A stretch of DNA of 64,000 nt from Thermoplasmata archaeon (GTDB lineage Archaea; Thermoplasmatota; Thermoplasmata; RBG-16-68-12; JAFNFQ01), in contig JBGPQV010000001.1 in the NCBI GenBank assembly GCA_041489255.1, positions 256,001 through 320,000 on the forward strand. The letters run 5' to 3'. Of this stretch, positions 48,846 to 57,984 are shown piece after piece. Below the pieces are notes generated by a model, which worked only from the letters and a program-made list of their open reading frames with translations, was not told the DNA's origin and did not search any database. The position numbers were made by a program, and so were the translations under genes. Each line of letters starts with the position of its first letter. The stretch's first letter is position 1.

Positions 48846-49912
48846 TTTCCCGATGCCCGCCTCTTCTCCTCTTTGAAGCTCTCGGGCCATCGCTCCAAGA
48901 AATTGATGATGAAGGCAGTGACGTCAATTTTGTCGTGGAGCATATTCCTTCTCTTTTCCGCCCATTCGTTCTTGACGTCCTTTTTTGAGAGTATCTCTTC
49001 CGCCTTCTTCCTCGCATCTCCCTCCGACTTCACGTGGAAACCGAGTGCATAATTGTCCTGCTGGTCGGTGAGATAGCCTCGGCCCGCTTCGGATACGAAG
49101 ATCCACGGGGTGCCGAGGACTCCCGCCTCTGAGGCCATGGTGGCACCCTCACCGATGTAGAGATTCGCGTAGTTCAGCAGATCATGTACTCTGTGCAAGG
49201 GAAGCCTATTAGCGTAGGGGTCGAACTCCTTAGGGAGTGGTCTCTCAGTCGTAAGGAATACACGACCCCAACCCTCGAGGAACTTCAAGAAGTCCATCAC
49301 TTGTTTGGTGGATGTGAAGCCGAACCCTTGCTCGCCAACATCGTGACTGCTTGTCCAGGACGCTAGGCGGACCACTGAGTAAACGGCCCCTGGCTTCACC
49401 CCGAGCTCGTCTAGCACTGAGGGATCGGGTCGGAAGTAGTTTGGGTGCAGATAAGCAATTTCCTTGTATCCGTTGTATTTAATCTGCTTCGGTCCTAGGT
49501 CGAGTGAGAAACACGATGGTGTGCAAATGGCATCTGTGAAAGGAAGCATCATCTTGGTGATTACGCCGGCGATCTCCGTGTCTCCGAATGCTACATGAGG
49601 AATGCCGAGCACCTTGCTGACCTGGGCTGCATATGGCGAGCCCGTGCTCACTATGATTTCTGGTTCGACGCGTGCCGCAAACTTCAGCAGGTTGAGGTCT
49701 CTCGGGAGGATGTCCAGGACTTTGCTGGTGAGAATCTTGCGGTCGACGCCGAACACCTCGCATGGTATTTTATAGCAGTTAAGGAGGGCAATCGTGGTCT
49801 CCTTCTTGACCGCCGCCACGGATACCTCGTGCCCTCGCTTTCGCAGACCAGCTAGCGCGTTCCTGAAGAGGTGAACATGAGCGGGATGCCCCATCACGAA
49901 CATGAAGCGCAA
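48842..49912 (-). CDS. DUF354 family GT-B-like protein
   Basis: GHPAHVHLF, DTE, YNGYKEIAYLHP, GATMASEAGVLGTP. Confidence 0.85.
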   Translation of the reverse strand: MRFMFVMGHPAHVHLFRNALAGLRKRGHEVSVAAVKKETTIALLNCYKIPCEVFGVDRKILTSKVLDILPRDLNLLKFAARVEPEIIVSTGSPYAAQVSKVLGIPHVAFGDTEIAGVITKMMLPFTDAICTPSCFSLDLGPKQIKYNGYKEIAYLHPNYFRPDPSVLDELGVKPGAVYSVVRLASWTSSHDVGEQGFGFTSTKQVMDFLKFLEGWGRVFLTTERPLPKEFDPYANRLPLHRVHDLLNYANLYIGEGATMASEAGVLGTPWIFVSEAGRGYLTDQQDNYALGFHVKSEGDARKKAEEILSKKDVKNEWAEKRRNMLHDKIDVTAFIINFLERWPESFKEEKRRASGK

Positions 49913-50956
49913 TCAAATCCGCCTTCTGACTTTGTGCAAGTTCTGTATCAGCTTTAACATCTTGGGTTTGTGGATGATAGTGTACCGCCCCAAATTCACA
50001 AGCTGCCCCCCGAACCTGCGTTTAAACTCCCTGGGGCCATACTCCTCCTCGGGCAGGCCTGCACCGCCGAAGTCGAGGAGGCTGTAGCCGGATTCGTGCC
50101 CCCAGGTCATCAACCGCCATACGAGAAACTCGTTTGCATTGACCTCTTCAGCTTCCGGAACCGATCCCGCATACCAATCGTAGATGACACCTGAGAAAGT
50201 GAGGGCCACCCTGGCTGCAATAGGCGTCTCACCACGAAAGGCCATCATCATTTTCGCCATGTTATTTGGGACGAGTATGCGCTGCATCGCCTCGAACATC
50301 GACCTGTCCTGCAAAGGTATCCTTGCTTGATTGTGTGACTCTGTAAGCAAACCGTAGAGCGTGTCGATGTCGCCCGTGGAGGACGCGTCCACAACTTCCA
50401 GACCGAGGTTCTCCGCCCTGCGGATGCCCTTTCGCCTGTGCTTGCTCATCTTCTCCCGGAGCGCTTCCTTTCCGATGGTCAGATCGACGAAGTAGTTCAG
50501 CCAGTCTTCGCGGGAGAACCCCGCGGAGGTGAAGAGAGACAACTGGTCCGGCTGATCAAACATCGGATAGAAACGAGTGTAGAGACTCTTCTCCCCGGCG
50601 GCATCCAGGAGCTTCGAGATGAGCAACTTACCCACAATGGCGCCAACCCCAGTGGAGGCGAAAAGTGGACCGCCGCGACATGAAACATGGTTGACCACCT
50701 TGCCCACCAAGACGCCGGCATCCATGAATGTGGTCGCGACAAGCGAGCCCAGAATTCCTCCTTGGTCATTCTTCGCGATGAAGCCCAGGGGTCTGCATTG
50801 TTTCGTCTTCGAGTAGACCTTGAACATGGCCCCCGACTGGAATGGCGAGGGACAGCTGTGCGACTCTGCAAACTTGGTGATTTCCTCCAGAGACCGCTCA
50901 TCAGTGGCGGCGATTCGCTTCAAATCGATCCCGTTTATCGCCTGAGCCGCAGCCAC
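49913..50956 (-). CDS. FemAB/FemX-like GNAT protein
   Basis: PFQS, GGP, VDLT, RKGIRRAE, YDWYAGS, DFGGAG, FKRRFGG; GTG start overlapping the upstream stop is inferred. Confidence 0.85.
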   Translation of the reverse strand: MAAAQAINGIDLKRIAATDERSLEEITKFAESHSCPSPFQSGAMFKVYSKTKQCRPLGFIAKNDQGGILGSLVATTFMDAGVLVGKVVNHVSCRGGPLFASTGVGAIVGKLLISKLLDAAGEKSLYTRFYPMFDQPDQLSLFTSAGFSREDWLNYFVDLTIGKEALREKMSKHRRKGIRRAENLGLEVVDASSTGDIDTLYGLLTESHNQARIPLQDRSMFEAMQRILVPNNMAKMMMAFRGETPIAARVALTFSGVIYDWYAGSVPEAEEVNANEFLVWRLMTWGHESGYSLLDFGGAGLPEEEYGPREFKRRFGGQLVNLGRYTIIHKPKMLKLIQNLHKVRRRI

Positions 50957-51978
50957 TAGCCCAGCCTCCTGAGCACCTCGTATCCCTTGCGGCCAATTAG
51001 GTGCTTCACCGGGTGGTAGATCTTCTGGAACCGCCCATAGTTGGTCATTGCCCCGCCAAATCGCCTTTTGAACTCGCCGGGTCCGTACTTCTCGCCGGGT
51101 TTCCCTGCCCCGCCGAAGTCGAAGAGCCTGAATCCATTCTCGCTGCCCCACTTCATGATTGCCCAAACGAGGAACTCGTTCACGTTCTGCCCCTTCGCGG
51201 CTGACGCGCTTCCCGCATACCAATCGTGCAGCATGCCGTTGTAAGCGAGAACCATCCTACCCGCCAATATCTGTTTTTGATGGACTGCCAGGAACAGATG
51301 CGCCATTCCGCCGGGTGACATGAACCGCCATGCGCTCGTGAAGAGCGATTTATCGGCCAGCGGGACGCCGACGCCCTCATAGGTCTCAGAAACCAGGTCA
51401 TAGAACCTATCGATATCCGCTCTACCGCCATCGACTAGCTTCATCCCTCCCGTCTCAGCCTTTTTGATTCCCTTGCATCTGCCCTCCGAGAATCCCGCCC
51501 AGATTTCGGATGGCGACCTAGTGAGGTCGTGTACGTAGTTGAGGTGCTCCTCGAACTGGTAGCCGATTCCTGTGAGGATTAAACGGGAGGATGACATGTC
51601 CCTGAGGTTCCTGATTTGAGCGTACAGCGACCTCTTGGCAACCTCCCGGTCGAATGCCTCCATCAACTCCGCAATGTCACCGTTCGTGGACAACGGTCCG
51701 CCCGTCACAATCGCTCTCGAGCTGAGTGAACCTTTCAATCCGCTGCCTTCCTTGATGATGCATGCAAGCACAAGACTGTCTATCTCACCATTCCGCTCAG
51801 ATGCGACGACCATCGGTTCGGTGTTCTTTGTCGCAGCGAAAACTTCGTTCATCTCTGGAGTCTGGAAGACGTTCGCATCTGAAACGCCCTCAAGGAAAGC
51901 TCTCCATCTCTTCGCTTCCACAGTCTTCAGGACTCCCAGCGGATCACCTTCCGAACCTCCTCGCCAGAAAGTCGCCAA
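50956..51978 (-). CDS. FemAB/FemX-like GNAT protein (tandem paralog)
   Basis: VFQTPE, GGPL, HDWYAGS, DFGGAG, FKRRFGG; start uncertain. Confidence 0.85.
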   Translation of the reverse strand: MATFWRGGSEGDPLGVLKTVEAKRWRAFLEGVSDANVFQTPEMNEVFAATKNTEPMVVASERNGEIDSLVLACIIKEGSGLKGSLSSRAIVTGGPLSTNGDIAELMEAFDREVAKRSLYAQIRNLRDMSSSRLILTGIGYQFEEHLNYVHDLTRSPSEIWAGFSEGRCKGIKKAETGGMKLVDGGRADIDRFYDLVSETYEGVGVPLADKSLFTSAWRFMSPGGMAHLFLAVHQKQILAGRMVLAYNGMLHDWYAGSASAAKGQNVNEFLVWAIMKWGSENGFRLFDFGGAGKPGEKYGPGEFKRRFGGAMTNYGRFQKIYHPVKHLIGRKGYEVLRRLG

Positions 51979-52855
51979 GGGTCACGGCATCAATGTCTCC
52001 TGAAATCGTGAGAGCGCAGGTGGCGCCACCAGGCCAACGCGCTCCCTCAGAGGGTTTCTCCAGCCACCACTTCCCGACTATCATCAGCGGTGCCACCCAC
52101 GCCTTCCTGTCCGCTGCGTGTTTCAGGACGTCGTCAAGTGCAGTCTCAAAGAAATCGAACCTCTCCGGATGCAGCTGGAGCACGAGATGTCCTCCGGACT
52201 GAATCGCGGAATTCATCATGGCGGCAAGCGCCCGAGCGAATCTCCCGCCATCAATCAAGCTGAGCCGATCTACGAGTATCTCGTCATCGGGGATGGCGAC
52301 CGGCATCTCCACCATTTTGCCCCGCACAACTGGGAGACAGAATCCCGTTTTGCTGATCCCGTAAGATCCTAGCGCCTCCTTCATGCCTGTAAATGAGTCG
52401 AATTCACTCCCACAGCTCCATCCGGCGGGCTTGCTGCTGTCATAGAGGAGTCCTGTTCCCGCCACGGCGTCAAGCATGGATTCGCTCCAACGCAGATACG
52501 GGGCCCTGAAACCCGCCACATCGATCTTCAATGAGCGAAACGTCTCAATGGCATCCTTCATCAACTCGATTTGGCGGTCCGTCTCAAGGTGCGAGAAATC
52601 CCTGTGTCTGAGGCCGTGAACAGCTATTTCCATCCCTTCGAGTATGTTCGCCAGCTCAGGATGTCGCTCGAGCACTGTAGCGGTGATTGGAAATGTCCCC
52701 ACGACCTCGTGCTTCTTCAGCAGCGCCACCATCCTCTCAAGATTTCCCATGAACTTCCTCGATGAAAAACCATAGCGGCTCGGGAGCACGAATGCACGCC
52801 TGACCCTCTGCCGCCCCGTTTTCGACTTCGTCCTTCCCATCCCTTCCTCCCTCAA
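51944..52855 (-). CDS. Polysaccharide deacetylase (NodB-like) family protein
   Basis: TFP, EIAVHGLRH, GFRAPYL, YDSS, LHPE. Confidence 0.8.
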   Translation of the reverse strand: MREEGMGRTKSKTGRQRVRRAFVLPSRYGFSSRKFMGNLERMVALLKKHEVVGTFPITATVLERHPELANILEGMEIAVHGLRHRDFSHLETDRQIELMKDAIETFRSLKIDVAGFRAPYLRWSESMLDAVAGTGLLYDSSKPAGWSCGSEFDSFTGMKEALGSYGISKTGFCLPVVRGKMVEMPVAIPDDEILVDRLSLIDGGRFARALAAMMNSAIQSGGHLVLQLHPERFDFFETALDDVLKHAADRKAWVAPLMIVGKWWLEKPSEGARWPGGATCALTISGDIDAVTLGDFLARRFGR

Positions 52856-53868
52856 GCCACGCTCAGAACAATCGCCACCGCGCTGCTGGTGGCGTAGAGC
52901 GCGAGTATCACGGCGACCAGTTTTCCCTCCTTCATTGGCCTCTTGCTCAGGATGTAGTAGGCGAGGGTGTACTTCTCCGCTCCCTTCGGCGGGCTCAGCG
53001 TGCCGTCTTCGTTGATCACTGGATTGTGACAGGCTTCTCTCCGGTTCTCCTTCTTTATCCCGCCAAAATAGAGCGTCGCGAACAGCTCGTAGAAAGCGGG
53101 GATTATCGCGATCACCGCGCAGAACTCGATGTGGCCCATGACAACGCCGGCTGCCATGGCTGCGCCCAAGCCGAGTGTCCCGATATCACCCACAAAAACC
53201 TTGGCGGGGAGCTTGTTGAAATAGAAGAGTCCCAAGGCGCAACCCGCAATGGCGATGAACACGATAATGGCGACCTCAGACGTGCCTTGAATCATGCTTA
53301 TGATGAATAGCCCGAGGGAGACGACCAGCACCTGACCGCTCTCGAGGCCGTTGTAGCCTGCGGACATATTCATCGCGTTCGCCATGCCTGTGACGCCTAT
53401 GGGCACGAGTATGAGCCAGTAGGTCAGGAAGAGCAACCGTGAACTCTCAAAGCTCAGAATCTGGCCGAACGGAAAGCCTATCGCGGCCGGCGGGACGTGA
53501 ACGAGCAACAGGGGTAGGGCGGCGAACACGACCGCCACAGCCTTGATCCTCTGCCTGATGTTGCTGATGTCGTCTATGAGGCCGACCATCGAGGCGATGA
53601 AGAACACGCTCAGCGCCGCGAGATAGGCCGGCTCTATGTAGGCTCCCTCGCCCTCAAGCTTCTTGAACCCGACGACGAGAGAGAGGGAGATTGAAAACGC
53701 GAACAATGCCGCAATCCCGCCGAGCTCCGCGACCCCGGGGCGGCCCCTCTTGTTCACGTCGTGGCCGACCATCCCGCCTTCCCTCATCTTCCTGATGAGA
53801 GGCGGCATCGTCACGAGTACTATCACAAGGGAGGAGAAGAACGCAAGCAGTATTGCCGCGAAGTCCAC
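52852..53868 (-). CDS. Polyprenol-phosphate GlcNAc-1-phosphate transferase (GPT/AglH/MraY family)
   Basis: D.NK, ELGG, GLIDD, NMSAGYNGLE, FVGDIG; about 10 TM. Confidence 0.9.
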   Translation of the reverse strand: MDFAAILLAFFSSLVIVLVTMPPLIRKMREGGMVGHDVNKRGRPGVAELGGIAALFAFSISLSLVVGFKKLEGEGAYIEPAYLAALSVFFIASMVGLIDDISNIRQRIKAVAVVFAALPLLLVHVPPAAIGFPFGQILSFESSRLLFLTYWLILVPIGVTGMANAMNMSAGYNGLESGQVLVVSLGLFIISMIQGTSEVAIIVFIAIAGCALGLFYFNKLPAKVFVGDIGTLGLGAAMAAGVVMGHIEFCAVIAIIPAFYELFATLYFGGIKKENRREACHNPVINEDGTLSPPKGAEKYTLAYYILSKRPMKEGKLVAVILALYATSSAVAIVLSVA

Positions 53869-53939
53869 GGGATTTTAATGAAATGCAGGGGATATATAAA
53901 GAGTGAGCGGGCCATTCTCAGACGGCCACACTCAGCTCG

Positions 53940-56222
53940 TCAGTGGCGGGTGGGCATGTAGCCGGGACCGCTCCTCCGAGAGATTTCCTTTAAATGTGGG
54001 TTTTCTGCGGGAGTGGGGTCAGATGGCGGCGGACCGCTCCTGCATATCTCCAGCAACCTGTCTTCGGTGTAACCGAGCGGCAGGAGCAGCGTCTCGCCAG
54101 CGCGGCACAGCAGCTTGAGGTACTCGTTCACGTCTGGCTTCTCGTCTCCCTGGATGAAATCGGCGACTTTCACCTTCTTCTCGGAGTTCTTGCTCTGCCC
54201 GTCGGTGATCACAAACCTGATGTACTCCCCAGGTTCGATCGGGTATCCCCGGCTCTTCATCTGCTTCAACGCCGCCACCGAGCTGGTCATCACGGTGTAC
54301 TCGTCGAGCTGGCGTGTCACCGCCTTCGTGAGGACGAGGTCCTGGAGGGGCACCTTCCCGTCCTTGAGACGCTGAGCGAACGTCTGGAGTACCGCGACCG
54401 CCCTCGGCAGCCTCTCGACGAACTCCTTCGCGTTGTTCGCGTGGCTCAGCTCGTCCAGCATCGCCTTCTGCGCCTCGTTCACGAAGGGGGAGGTGTCGTG
54501 CTTCCTGAGCTCGATGCCCCGGAGCTTCATCTCCCCGTTCTGGAAGAGGCCGTAGTAGCGGTTCAGGGCGCCGACGCCCGTGGTCTTGCAGGGCAGGAAC
54601 ACGACCCACTTGTAGACGCCCTCCAGGTCTATCGGGATGCCGATGGCGCCGTTGATATGCTCGACGAGCTTGTCGATGCCGCTCGCGTTCGGCTTCGGAC
54701 GAAGCCAGAGAGAGTCGACTATGCCGTGCACGACCTCGTAACCGTGCTGCTCGGCAATCTCCATGCTGCGGACGAGGAGGTCACGCGCGTGAGCGTTGAT
54801 CGACTCGTGACACTCGATTCGGCCGAAACGCGCGTTTCTAAAACCTTGAAATCCAAATGATGTGACTAAAGTCCATTTGAGAATCGTGTCTCGTTCCCTG
54901 TAGATCTCCTGCTTCGGCCCCGGCTCCCTCTTCAGTTTCTTGTAGTACCTCTTCCGGTCGATCAAAGGCCTGAGGACCCGCGGCACCAGACCCAACCTCT
55001 TCACGCAACTGTGGTAGCCCAATCCCGGCACAGGCTGCCCCCCGCCATCCGCGCAACACCCGCAATTGAGCGTCTCCATGGAGAGGTTGAACTTCACCAT
55101 GATGTTCGGATACAGGGAGGCGTAGTCCAGCTCCACGATGTTCTCGTGGACGCCTACCTCCGGTTCCAGGATGAACCCGCCACGGTCCGCGCGGATCAGC
55201 TGCTCGGCGTCCTTGAAAAACTCGGGCAGGTTCTTCTTCCACATCACCAGGACTCCGTCCCTGGTCGCCCTGTTGATCTGCATCGCGGTGAAGGCCGTGC
55301 CCGGGGTGAGCCTCGCCTGCTCCTGAGGAACTATGGTGGAGAGGCGGGAGAGCTCGCCGAGCCCCGCCATCTCGCTCTCCCTGTACGCGAAGTGACCTCG
55401 GTCGATGTGCAGCCTGCCCTTGAGCAGGTACTGACCCGGCTTGTAGACGATCCTGCCGTAGGTGAAGTAGCTCCTGCCCTTCTTCTCGTCAAGCCTCTGA
55501 GGTTCCCGCCCGAGCTGCAGTCCGATGCCAAGCGCCTCGGACCTCTTCGCGAGGTAGGGCATCAGGAAGCTGTCCCCGCCATCGGTCAGTATGACGTCGG
55601 GGTCGAGGTCGCGCAGGGCGGAGTTCAGCTTCTCGAGGATCTCACCCTCGCTCCCGCCGATGTCGATCTCGCAGAGGCGGGCGCCGAGGAGCTTGTCCTG
55701 CAGGCGGGGGATGCCCATCGGGGCGTCCACCGCGATGTCGAGCAGGGCAGCCCGGAGCGGCGGCAGCCTGTACTCGAGGGCGAACTGCTCCTCCTGCATC
55801 CGCCAGACACCGTGAGAGTAATCGACCAGACCGAGCGGGAAGACGTCGTGGTGCAGGAAGTACCTCTGCGAGAAGCGCAGGTCGATATTGTAGAGGCGGT
55901 GGTCGTAGTAGCCGCCGTTGCTGTCGATCGTCTTTGCGAGGTCGTTCAGATCGCGGTAGTGGCGGGGGAATATCTCGAGGACGGGCGAGGGTTCCTCGTC
56001 TCCGAGGTTGAGGCGGCGTCTCGTCTCTCGCACCTCACCGATCTCATCAAGGATCTCGAGGCGTTGGCGGTAGGACTGGAGTTCGCTTGGCGGTGCGCTC
56101 ATGAAGAACGAGGGGCGGAAGCGGGAGTCCTCGATTCTCCGCGCGCCATGCTCGGTCCAGAGCCAGACGACAATCGAATCGCCGTCGTAGTTCGGATAGG
56201 AGTCGATTATCCAACCTTGCAT
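53940..56222 (-). CDS. polB2: Family B DNA polymerase, PolB2 group
   Basis: DRGG, LDYASLYPNI, LKW.LVTSFG..G, HGIVDSLW (YGDTDS variant), NRYYG, RGIE.RK.D; degenerate exonuclease domain. Confidence 0.92.
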   Translation of the reverse strand: MQGWIIDSYPNYDGDSIVVWLWTEHGARRIEDSRFRPSFFMSAPPSELQSYRQRLEILDEIGEVRETRRRLNLGDEEPSPVLEIFPRHYRDLNDLAKTIDSNGGYYDHRLYNIDLRFSQRYFLHHDVFPLGLVDYSHGVWRMQEEQFALEYRLPPLRAALLDIAVDAPMGIPRLQDKLLGARLCEIDIGGSEGEILEKLNSALRDLDPDVILTDGGDSFLMPYLAKRSEALGIGLQLGREPQRLDEKKGRSYFTYGRIVYKPGQYLLKGRLHIDRGHFAYRESEMAGLGELSRLSTIVPQEQARLTPGTAFTAMQINRATRDGVLVMWKKNLPEFFKDAEQLIRADRGGFILEPEVGVHENIVELDYASLYPNIMVKFNLSMETLNCGCCADGGGQPVPGLGYHSCVKRLGLVPRVLRPLIDRKRYYKKLKREPGPKQEIYRERDTILKWTLVTSFGFQGFRNARFGRIECHESINAHARDLLVRSMEIAEQHGYEVVHGIVDSLWLRPKPNASGIDKLVEHINGAIGIPIDLEGVYKWVVFLPCKTTGVGALNRYYGLFQNGEMKLRGIELRKHDTSPFVNEAQKAMLDELSHANNAKEFVERLPRAVAVLQTFAQRLKDGKVPLQDLVLTKAVTRQLDEYTVMTSSVAALKQMKSRGYPIEPGEYIRFVITDGQSKNSEKKVKVADFIQGDEKPDVNEYLKLLCRAGETLLLPLGYTEDRLLEICRSGPPPSDPTPAENPHLKEISRRSGPGYMPTRH

Positions 56223-56300
56223 GAATCCCCCGGCCAGCTGCGAGAAGAGGAGCGACTCTGCGGGTCTTAGAGTGACGCGGCAGGGAGGGCTGTGAAAGTG

Positions 56301-56570
56301 TCAAGGCGTCTTGATGACATCAATCGACTCTCTCTCCTGCTTCTTGATCTCCTCGATCTCCCTCTGCAGCTCTAGGAGAATCGATAGCATCGCAAGTTCG
56401 ACCGGGTCCAGGTGCGCGCAGAAGCTGGCGGCTGATGAGTGCATCCTCGCCTTCTCCAGCATGCGGTCGAACAGCTCCCTGTCCTTCTCCCTCAGCGCGC
56501 GGCGGTAGTCCGTCCAGCGATCCAGTATCGACTCGAGATGCAGGCGGTATGTAGGAACTGTGCGGCCCAT
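56301..56570 (-). CDS. PolB2-associated small helical protein (arCOG07300-like)
   Basis: MGRTVPTYR...W..YRRALR..D...FD...P.E...LSILLE; directly upstream of polB2. Confidence 0.85.
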   Translation of the reverse strand: MGRTVPTYRLHLESILDRWTDYRRALREKDRELFDRMLEKARMHSSAASFCAHLDPVELAMLSILLELQREIEEIKKQERESIDVIKTP

Positions 56571-56707
56571 GATGACACCTAGGGAACAATCACACTGCGA
56601 GGGCTGAAGGGTTTTGGGGGGAGACGGGAGTAAAAGTGAAGAAGGAAGGCAACGAATGTTCCTCAGATAGAGAATCCGCCTAGAATCCGCTCTCACCGTG
56701 GCGAGAA

Positions 56708-57580
56708 TCACGGCCTACTTTCCTCAAGAAAAGAATCCACAATCCCGTAGAACTCATCAGGCTTCTCCAGCATTGGTAAGTGACCACAGTCCTCGATGTA
56801 GCTGGAGGCGATCCTCGGCATCAGGAAGCCGATCTCTCCGTCCATGCCCCGGTCCACGAGAAAGTCATCCGCTCCATACACCATGATGGCGGGAACCTTC
56901 AACCCCCTCAACCCGCTCCAGTCTGTCGGCCTCGACATCATTTCACCGCACAGCGAGGCGGCTCGAACGTCAGCTTTCCTCGCCTCCTCCAAGATGATGC
57001 GACCCTCCGGCCCGCCGACTCCGAACATGCCCGTGATCGTCATCTGTCCGAGGCTTCTCGAAGTGTCAGCGAGGCGCATGAACATCCTCATGACAGGTTC
57101 GGCCGACCATGGCGGTGGCGTCTTTGTGATTCCCGCCAAGGCCGCGTCAACTAAGCCCAATGCCCAGAACCTCTGAGGCGCGGAGATGGCGGTGAACGCC
57201 GCCACTGCTCCTCCCATAGAATGGCCCACGATTGCCGCCTTCTTGACGCCGACCGCGTCCAGGAATCCTTTCACGAACTTCGAATAACCGTCGAGCGTGT
57301 ACCCTTCGGCGGGCTTTTCGGAATCGCCGAAGCCGTAGAGATCCAACGCCCAGATTCGGAACTCTGGAATTCTCTGGTTCGCTTCGTGCCAGTACCTCTT
57401 CGAAGCCATCCACCCATGGATGAGAAGAACGTCGGGCCCTTCGCCACCGACCTCGTAGGCTGCCCTCAGCCCGTTCACCAAGACATTTTTCACGCCGGTG
57501 GTATCGCCTGGCGGGAATAAGCCTCTGCTTCTATTCCTCTTTTCAATGCGATAGTTCGATTCAAAATCGGACATGTGCAC
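56708..57580 (-). CDS. Alpha/beta hydrolase
   Basis: LLIHGW, DLYGFGDS, GHSMGG, G.DD, CGHLP; start uncertain. Confidence 0.9.
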   Translation of the reverse strand: MHMSDFESNYRIEKRNRSRGLFPPGDTTGVKNVLVNGLRAAYEVGGEGPDVLLIHGWMASKRYWHEANQRIPEFRIWALDLYGFGDSEKPAEGYTLDGYSKFVKGFLDAVGVKKAAIVGHSMGGAVAAFTAISAPQRFWALGLVDAALAGITKTPPPWSAEPVMRMFMRLADTSRSLGQMTITGMFGVGGPEGRIILEEARKADVRAASLCGEMMSRPTDWSGLRGLKVPAIMVYGADDFLVDRGMDGEIGFLMPRIASSYIEDCGHLPMLEKPDEFYGIVDSFLEESRP

Positions 57581-57581
57581 A
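57562..57581. repeat. Copy 1 of CAAAAT(C)GGACATGTGCACA
   Basis: Near-identical to 60563-60581; lies between the divergent hydrolase and FN3 genes. Confidence 0.7.
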
Positions 57582-57627
57582 ATGCATTCAATTCCAGTTC
57601 AGCCCAGAAGAACCGTTCAGGTCCAAT

Positions 57628-57984
57628 ATGAACCTGAAAGTGCCCATAGGGCTGGTGTTGTGTGTGCTAGTGGGTGGAACGCCATTCGCCGCGGGGAGCA
57701 ACGGACATGTGGAACCTAGATCGGTCACGGCATCCTGCGCTCTCACTTCCGCGGACGTCTCCTGGGAGGCTCCAGGAGGAGGGAGTCCCGTAGGCTACGA
57801 CGTGTACAAGAGGGCGGCAGGGGAGACGCCGTACATTAAGGCTAACCCCGTGCCGGTGACATCTACATTGTACATCGCCACGCAGCTGTCGTCTGGGATC
57901 GCCTATGAGTTCAGGGTGACCGCGGTCTATGATGACGGCAACTCTTCCGCGATGTCAGGACCGGCTTTCTGCACGACCGGTTAG
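57628..57984 (+). CDS. Small secreted fibronectin type III domain protein
   Basis: Signal peptide; P.SV, VSWEAP, GYDVY, L.SG..YEFRVTAV, S. Confidence 0.85.
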   Translation: MNLKVPIGLVLCVLVGGTPFAAGSNGHVEPRSVTASCALTSADVSWEAPGGGSPVGYDVYKRAAGETPYIKANPVPVTSTLYIATQLSSGIAYEFRVTAVYDDGNSSAMSGPAFCTTG

